DNA of 64,000 nucleotides from Octopus sinensis (Eukaryota): NCBI RefSeq assembly GCF_006345805.1, contig NC_043000.1, positions 82,646,001 to 82,710,000 of the forward strand, read 5' to 3'. Shown piece by piece: positions 56,025 to 64,000 of this stretch (position 1 is its first letter; each line of letters starts with the position of its first letter). The notes under the pieces were generated by a model. It saw only the letters and a program-made list of their open reading frames with translations, ran no database searches and was not told where the DNA came from. The position numbers and the translations under genes were made by a program.

Positions 56025-56693
56025 AACGTCATTATTAGCCGTAGTAGATAGCCTCCTAAGTTGTTTATTTGATTATAAGGCCACTACCGAAAATTAAGGT
56101 TAGTAGTGACCTCAACTACTACATCAGGGCGTAACGACCCTGCTTGGCATGTGTGTCAGGTTAAGCTGGCTTCAATTTACCTTACCTTGCGTGAATCTCT
56201 GGCCAGAGTTACAGATCCCCAGTAAATGCTTTCACTGCCTTCCAAGATAAAGATTAGGGAGCAAACCTTATATTAAAGATAGAGAAGATCCTCTGAAGCA
56301 CTCTAGTGGTTGGTTTAATATATTTCTGGCAATTTCTGCATCTATATTGCTCTGCTACACCAGTGAGGCTGAAAGGAGGGTTCCATACACCCCACCAATC
56401 TTTCATCTTCTTGTACTTGTTTCCGTCATTAGACTGGGATCATGTTGAGACACCACCTGGAAGAATTTTTGGTCGAATGAATCGACCCCAATATTTATTC
56501 TAATTTTTTAAAGCCTGGTACTTATTCTATCGATACTTTTGCTGAACCACTAAGTTACTGGGACGTAAACAAATTAGACTGCGGTCATGTTGGGATACCA
56601 CCTGGTAGAATTTTTGGTCGAATGCACCGACCCCAATATTTATCTAATTTTTTAAAGCTTGGTACTTATTCTATCGATACTTTTGCCGAACCA

Positions 56694-58590
56694 CTGGTCA
56701 TCGATAAAACAGTTTTGAGGTATTGTAAAAAACATCATACAAACATGTCTATGGCTTGGATTGACTTTAAGAAGGTATATGATGCTTCATTCTTGGATCG
56801 TTGAATGCCTTCAGATGTTTCGGGTTGCTGACATCACAAATATTCTGATGCATAGCATAAAAGAGTGGAAAACCAAATTGTACTCAAGTAATGCATTCTT
56901 TGGAGAAGTTAATATTAAAAGGAGAATCTTCCAAAGTCACTCGCTTTCTCCGTTACTTTTTGTAATTGCACTAATACCCATAACAATGACACTTAGGAAA
57001 GTTAAGATGGGTTACCGATATGGGAAGAAAGGCCCATTATTAAACCATCTTCTGTTTATGGATGACCTGAAATTGTCTGGGAAATCTGAAAAACAGATAG
57101 ATTCCTTGATCAAAACAGTCCAGAAGTGTGGTAGGAACATTGGTATGGAATTTGGGATTATCAAATGCTCAGTACTTAATATGAAAAGAGGGAAGAAAGC
57201 AGCCCGCAGAGGATTGCTGTTGCAATCAGGAGAGATCATGGGTGAACCCGACGGTAGCGAGTATAGCTATTTAGGGATTTTGGAGCTGGATGACATTCTA
57301 CACAGAGAAATGAAGGTCAAGGTTAGCGAGGCGTATCAAAAGAGGATGAAGATGGTGTTGAAATCCAACCTGAATGCCAAATATTTGGTTACCGCATTGA
57401 ATATCTGGACAATTGCGGTGGTCAGATATGGTGCAGCCATCCACAAATGGACTAAGAAGGAAATATCAACACTGGATAGAAGGACGAGAAAGTTGTCGCT
57501 GCATGGGGCGCTACACCCTAAATCAAATGAAACAGGCTGTATATGAAAAGAAACAATGGTGGCAAAGGACTAATTAGTATAGACCACTGTATAAGGAGTG
57601 AAAGGAGAACATTTGCCAAGTATTTGATAGTGATGAAGACCTGCTGCAATATGCTGCGAAACATATGGGTGTAAATGCAGATGAAATTATGGGCAAGGAA
57701 GAGTTTAACCAAAGAGCTGAGGAGAAGATAAAAGAAGACCTTATTGAAATGAGAATGCAAGGACAGTTTGAAAGGAATCCACTAGACGTTAAGGATAATA
57801 CAGCAGCGTGGGCATGACCTGAGCGAGGTGATTTGAAGCGTACCACTGAAAGCCTGATCATTGCTGCACAAGACCAGGCTCTCGCTACCAGTTCAGTGAA
57901 GTATAACATCTATAAAACTTCTGACACCCAGAAATGCAGACTCTGTGGAAAGAGTGTGGAAAATGTGACCCATTTGGTAAGTGGATGTAAGAGCCTTGCA
58001 CAAAAAGAATACAAACGCCGCCACGATAAAGTGTGTGTGTATCTTCATTGACTCTTATGCCGTATATACCAATATGAAGTAACAGAGAACTGGTATGAGT
58101 ATGTACCAAGTAAAGTTATGCAGGAGGATGGAAAAGTAATGATACTCTGGGACTATGATTTTCAGACGGATCGTGTAATCGAACACCGTCGGCCGGATAG
58201 TGTCATACTGAATAAGAGAGACAAATACTGTCAGATCATTGATGTAGCCATGACAAATGACATGAATGTGGTGAGTAAAGTGGTTGAAAAAAGTCACCAA
58301 GTACTCCGAAATGAAAGTGGAAATGGCAAGGCTGTATGGAATGAGAGAGGGTAATGTAAAAGTGATACCAGTGGTGATCGGAACGTTGGGCTCAATCCCA
58401 CTGAAACTTCAAAACTTCTTAAGGCAACTGGAAACCCCATGCAAGATTGATGTCTCGCAAAAAGTAGTCTTATTGGGCACAGCTCACATCTTAAAGAAAG
58501 TATTATCTGTCTGAGATCCTTGCTGTGACTTGATTGATGACTAAAGACACCGTTGCATTTTTACCTACACTGTGTTACGAAGGAATAATA
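56694..58590 (+). mobile_element. 5'-truncated Dong/R4-like LINE (fourth subfamily): RT, CCHC, REL
   Basis: LVIDKTVL..AWIDFKKVYD, IFQSHSLSPLLFV, HLLFMDDLKL, YSYLGILE, CRLCGKSVENVTHLVSGC, HRRPDSVIL..IIDVAM, VLLGTAHILKKVL; a few frameshifts and stops. Confidence 0.9.
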
Positions 58591-59375
58591 TGTAAACTAC
58601 CCGTGATCCGTTGGGTCACCGGGAAACTCTGAGTTTCCAAGCAACAGAGTTTTGTTTCGTGTGTTGGAAAGATTTGGCTGCTATTTCTTGCACGCCCTGC
58701 TTCCACGTAACAGGTATTTCGAGTCCTTTATCGCAAATAGCTGTTACGTGCTAGAAATAGTAGTCAAATCTTTGGAGGGGAGATACGTTGAATGCACTCG
58801 AAAAAAACAATTTTACACTAACGTTACGAATGGGTCTTTACGAAATATCTACCGTATTTTTAAAGTCATTTTCACTTTAGAATATTTTTTAGATATGCCA
58901 AAACAATGTTTGTAATGGTATTCACATGAAAATAATGAAAACATTAAAATATTGTCTATTTAAAGAAAGCTAAAATATACATACTTACTGTACAAACAAC
59001 TTACACTTTTGATATCACATTCACTTTAAAATATTTGTAAATGGTTAAAATATTGTGTTTTACAAAAGCGAAAATAGAAATTGTAAAAAAAAATATTTTT
59101 ATTTATTTATTTTCGCTGTCAACTCACTGCCTAATAGAGAGATAAGACTTTCTTCCCTTTCAAGATGAAGATTATTTTCGGAACATTTTCCCATTATGCA
59201 CCGTTTTCGGTATTCATGCCCTTCTTGAAAACAACTTTACCGATTTACGCGAAACTTGTTTCATTCGATTCGTATTAATATTTCAGGGTAAAATTAATTT
59301 ATGGTATTTTCCCATTGTGTCAGTTTCACTGAGTAGCATTACAAGCAAGCAAGACTGAAACTGACTTTTACAGAC

Positions 59376-59428
<53 letters not shown>

Positions 59429-59444
59429 TAATAATAATAATAAT

Positions 59445-59972
59445 GCCCCGATGCAGTACCAGGCACTGGTTCTCATGGCTTCTGATCTAAACTGGCTGGA
59501 AGTGTTATCATGTACATAGTTTTATCTTGGTATAAAAGACGGGCTACAGCAAAATATTAAGCTCAATATCACAGATTTGCTTGTCAATTGTTTGACCTGA
59601 ACCAGTTAGAGCATGTCACTTAGTGGCTGACGATATGTGCATCTCTGATCGCGAGTAGTAGTGGGGGAGCATCATAGCTATGTGCTGAGAGGAATTCTTT
59701 GGGTTTTGGATAATTCACCTTTGGAAACATGGGTGTTTCGTTCAACACCTCAAACAACCTTTATTTAAGGACCACTTGAGCGGTATGGGCTACTCGACCT
59801 GAAGAAAATTCTAACTGGGCCCCACCTACAAGATCATACGCTGTTTATCTTGATATGAGATCACCATGTGGCGCATATATGGTTGTAATGCATGTGCCTG
59901 GTGTACCCTCATCAGGCTTCGTATATTTTACCCTAGTGCCACTTTAATGGCATGCATCGCTCTCTCGTTCAG
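59445..59972. mobile_element. ORF-less ~530 bp insertion-like segment bounded by (TAA)n on both sides
   Basis: (TAA)n at 59376-59444 and 59973-59985; complex, higher-GC interior without a long ORF, tRNA head or TIRs. Repetitive status is inferred, not shown in this window. Confidence 0.45.
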
Positions 59973-60999
59973 TAATAATAATAATGAAGAGAAGTGTGAC
60001 TTAGGCACCAGGCCAGCAGTTTTGAGGGGAGGTATTAAGTCGATACCAGTACTTGAATAGTATTTTATTTTATAGACCCCGAGAGACTGAAAGGCAAAGT
60101 TGACCTCGACGGCATTTGCCTTTCGTCATTCCAGAATAACCTTGATGGGATTTGAACCAGCAGCAATTGTTTCTAATTAAAGCTCAAAGTTGGGTGACAA
60201 GTCAAAGTTGACTTCGAAGGGAAATGAACTCAGAATGAGAGAAATGAACTTAGAATGCAAGAACCGGAGCTCATGCAACAAAGCATTTTGCTTGACCATA
60301 ATGACATTCTTTTACATATGCATGAAGACAGAAATTTATGAGGTGAGAAACAATTGATTAAATTCACCCCATTAATGGCCTGCTGCTTTATTTTTTTGAT
60401 TCTGAGAGGATAAAAAGCAAAGTTAACCTCATAAGGATTTGAACTTAGAATGTAAAAGAAACCATGACAAAATCCAGAAAGCATTTACCACGTATTTCAG
60501 TATCCAAGTTTTCAGCCCCACCAAAAATCAAGTCGACTTATACAAGACGACTTTGAAGAACCAAGAATTTCATGTGAAATGTAACAAGATTGGGAAAGAT
60601 AGTGACAATATTTGAATGTCTACACTTCTGTTTACACTATATACCATGTCGCCTTGTATGCCGAAAAATACGATGGTTTGTTGCTCTGCCAATTCTGCTA
60701 CTAACACAAAGCCCACAAGTGATAGAGAACGGTTACAGTAGATGTCGTCAAAATCATTATACATCTGGTACTAATCTAATGTTATTTATTCATATTGTTT
60801 TGAATTAATCATGCATCATTTCGTAGATTGGAGATTTCGATGATGTAATTACTTATTTTTAGAATGACATTGTAGGATAGATGGGAGAGGCCGGATTTAG
60901 GCGGTTTGAATACAAAACAAACAGAATATCTGGGTTTGATATGGCTGGTTTAAATGCTAAAATGTTTCACGTGTTGTTTCCTATCTCTCTGCCTCCTGC

Positions 61000-61250
61000 A
61001 TCCATTACAATTTCTATTCCTCTCAACCAGCTAGTTGCATATAATCATCATTCATACTTTTCCTCTCCTCTCGTCATTCATTCTGCATCTTCCCTTTTGG
61101 ACTATCCCTACAATAACCAATACAGCCAATCATTTCACCCTAGAACGCCATCCTTCTGGAATTCTCTTTCCGTCTACATTTTCATTCTTTTGTTACAGAC
61201 GCATCAACATGCACATTTTCAAACTGAACGCCAATCGAACCATTTTTTTT
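61000..61250 (+). mobile_element. CR1/L2-type LINE 3' end remnant
   Basis: NQYSQSFHPRTPSFWNSLS matches the F.PRT..LWNSLP C-terminal motif of CR1-group ORF2. Confidence 0.5.
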
Positions 61251-61974
61251 TTGTATACGAATCGAAGTTTCCAGACCAAAAAAAACCCAGCCAAACGAGG
61301 TAGTTGGACCTATACACCAAAGCGACTTTGGGAAATCATAAATTTTGTGTGAAATGCAGTAGAATTTCGAAATATGGTGACGATATTTGCATGTTTACAC
61401 TGCATAAGTCGAATAGTATGTCGGAAAATACAGTAACCCGTTGCTCTACCGATCCTACTTTTAATACAGAGCCCAAAAATGTTAGAATGGTTATAGTAGA
61501 TGTCATCGAAATCATTATACCACTGATACTTATTTTAAGTATGGTTTCTTTCAAAGCCGAGATATCGCGAAATACTTCACAAAAATGAATATGTTTGTCA
61601 TGAAATGTGTTAGTATAACTGGCTATACGGTAGAACGTGCTATACGGGCAGACATGATTAGTCGAGAAGAAGCCAGACAATTAGTGAGCGCTTAGTTCTT
61701 CCTCGCGGCTATTTGCTGATGTTGGAAGAGTCTAATGATTCTTATAGACAGAATGGCCTTGAGCTTGTCATGCTTTCATCTTTGTCGTCATCATCGTCGT
61801 CGTCGTCGTCATCGTTTTTCCTTTTCTAAATTCTGAGTATTTTTTTGTGGTTTTTTTTTTGGTGTTTTTTTTCCCCCCGATTTTATATTAAACGACCACA
61901 GAAACTGTAGCCTGTCTTTTTGTACTGTCCACCTCATCTGACACCCTTCTGACAAATAAAATCATTATCAAACA

Positions 61975-62254
61975 CGACTACCATCATCATACCCACCACA
62001 CCACCACCACCATCATCACTATCACCATCATCACTACTATTATTCTATGCCCCTGTGGCTAATAAAAGAAATCATCATTATCACTATTATTGTTTTTTTT
62101 TTATTATTGTTGCTGTTGTTCTCCCTTTTCATCTTCTTCTTCTCATCATCATCATCATCATCATCATCATTATTATTATTATTATTATTTTCTTTTTTCT
62201 TCTTACTCTTATCACATTAGCATCATATCAGCATCATCAACATCGTCATCATCG

Positions 62255-62287
<33 letters not shown>

Positions 62288-62638
62288 CCACCATCATCAT
62301 CGTCATCTCCATCATCATCATCATCATTATCATCTTCATCATCATCATCATTATTATCACTATCATCATTTAACTTCATTCTCTCATGTCTTCCTCAATC
62401 TTCTTTTGTGGCGTTAATCCTGGCATTGGTGCGAGTAGCAGTAATAGTATTGTTGTTGTTGTTGTTGCTGCGGTGGTGGTGGTGGTGGTGGTGGTCGTCG
62501 TCGTCGTCGTCGTCGTCGTCGTGGTCATCGTCGTCGTCGTCGTCGACATCGTTGTTGCTGCTGTTGTTGCTATTGACGACGATCGTCAGGATCGCGATCA
62601 TAATGATGCTGGAGATGATGATGATGATGATGATGATA

Positions 62639-62674
<36 letters not shown>

Positions 62675-62765
62675 GTGGTGGTGTGGTGGTGGTGGTGGTG
62701 GTGGTGGTGATGATGATGATGGTGGTGGTGGTGGTGGTGGTGGTGGTGGTGGTGATGTTGCTTCT
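61975..62765. repeat. Compound trinucleotide field (CAC/CAT/TAT, then GTT/GTG/GTC/GAT/GGT)
   Basis: Seen directly; it explains the homopolymeric ORFs at 62055-63135. Confidence 0.95.
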
Positions 62766-63063
62766 GCTGCCAGTGATGTAGTAGCCGAGTTCTCTGTAGT
62801 TGGCAATGAAGGTCACTATTCGCCACTAACTTGCTGACCAAGCTGAATCTGCTTAACACACGCACACACACACATATACACAGTACCAAATGCATGCACA
62901 TAAATACACAAACAGTCATATACACATGCACACACACAGAGGAAGCATATACGCATAATGCCATATATATGTGTGTGTGTGTGCGTGCGCGCGTTCGTTT
63001 CTGTATACATATATATATATATGGCAAATGAAATCCATTATATGTATATATATACATATATAT

Positions 63064-63140
<77 letters not shown>

Positions 63141-64000
63141 TACATATATATTATATACATAACTCATATATACACATATATTTAGATATACGTTATTATA
63201 TACACACAAATGCACATATATATATATGTGTGTGTGTGTGTATGTATGTATGTATTGGGGGATGTGTGTATTTGTGTGTGTATGTTTGTGTACCTGTGCA
63301 TGTGTGTGCGTATGCATTTGTGTGTGCATATGTTTGTATTTGAGAGCATGCATTTATGTGTACACAGGCAAATTTCAAAATACATATACGCTATATATGC
63401 ACATATACACACACACATGCACACACGCACGCACACACACACGCACACACACACACACAATCACAGCCGCCGACAGACAGCAATAGTAGCAGTGACGGGA
63501 GTGCACAGCGTGGAAATTGCAGAGAAATAGTGAGAGTAGCTAATGAAGTAGATAGGAGCTGGCTGATGAGGGGAGTTCAAAGGCTGTGTGTGGGATCGAG
63601 CAGCGTAGATTGGATGGAGCGAAATGGGTGAGGGAGACAGGAAGAAGGAGAATTAGGCTGTGGTGGATGAAGAGAAGGCCTGAAGTAGAGCGAAAGGGAG
63701 AGTTTAGAAAGGTGGAGGAGAAGAAATGGGGAGAAATAACATGAAAGGGGGAAAAGAAGAAGGAAAAGAAGGGGTAAAGGGAAAAAAGAAAATCAAAGAA
63801 AAGGAAGAAATCAGAACGTTAACAATAGCATCAGGTTTCATCAATAACATCAAGAACAACATTAAGTTCACCCTCGTTGTCATCATCGTTGTCGCCCTCG
63901 TCGTCGTCGTTGTCGTCATCATTATCATTATCATCATCAACAACAACAACAACAACATGAGTAATAATAACAACACTTCCACCACCATTATCAGCAGCAG

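Noticed and set aside
58600-58645. Adjacent hairpin cccgtgatcc/gggtcaccggg and palindrome ggaaactc-t-gagtttcc as a hammerhead
   Set aside because: GAAAC..GTT is present but there is no CTGAnGA box.
59319-59365. 10 bp inverted repeat gtcagtttca/tgaaactgac
   Set aside because: Too short and without other support; may be a transposon subterminal hairpin.

Overview
AT-rich eukaryotic non-coding DNA, very dense in microsatellites and transposable elements. The repeat style (tRNA-head SINEs, Dong/R4, RTE, Tx1, Penelope) suggests an octopus or other coleoid cephalopod, but this is inferred, not shown. I found no convincing host protein-coding gene and no CRISPR array; nearly all track ORFs are translated simple repeats or retroelement fragments. 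Contents: six Dong/R4-like REL-endonuclease LINE copies or fragments, one decayed full-length RTE and a clean-frame RTE 3' fragment, three copies of a Tx1-like L1 family, a Penelope element with inverted terminal arms, Tc1/mariner MITEs and a mariner 5' end, a non-autonomous Helitron, many SINEs, and one 5S rRNA-derived copy. The most interesting signals are: (1) the 5S copy is fused to a SINE 3' tail (candidate 5S-headed SINE); (2) the Tx1 family sits in (GATA)n arrays while Dong/R4 and an ORF-less 530 bp element sit in (TAA)n arrays; (3) hammerhead-ribozyme-like cores in Penelope-type termini; (4) a GC-rich intact RTE fragment that may be horizontally acquired; (5) a diverged local duplication with membrane-protein-like reading frames. 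All alignments were done by eye, and boundaries are approximate unless junction bases are quoted.
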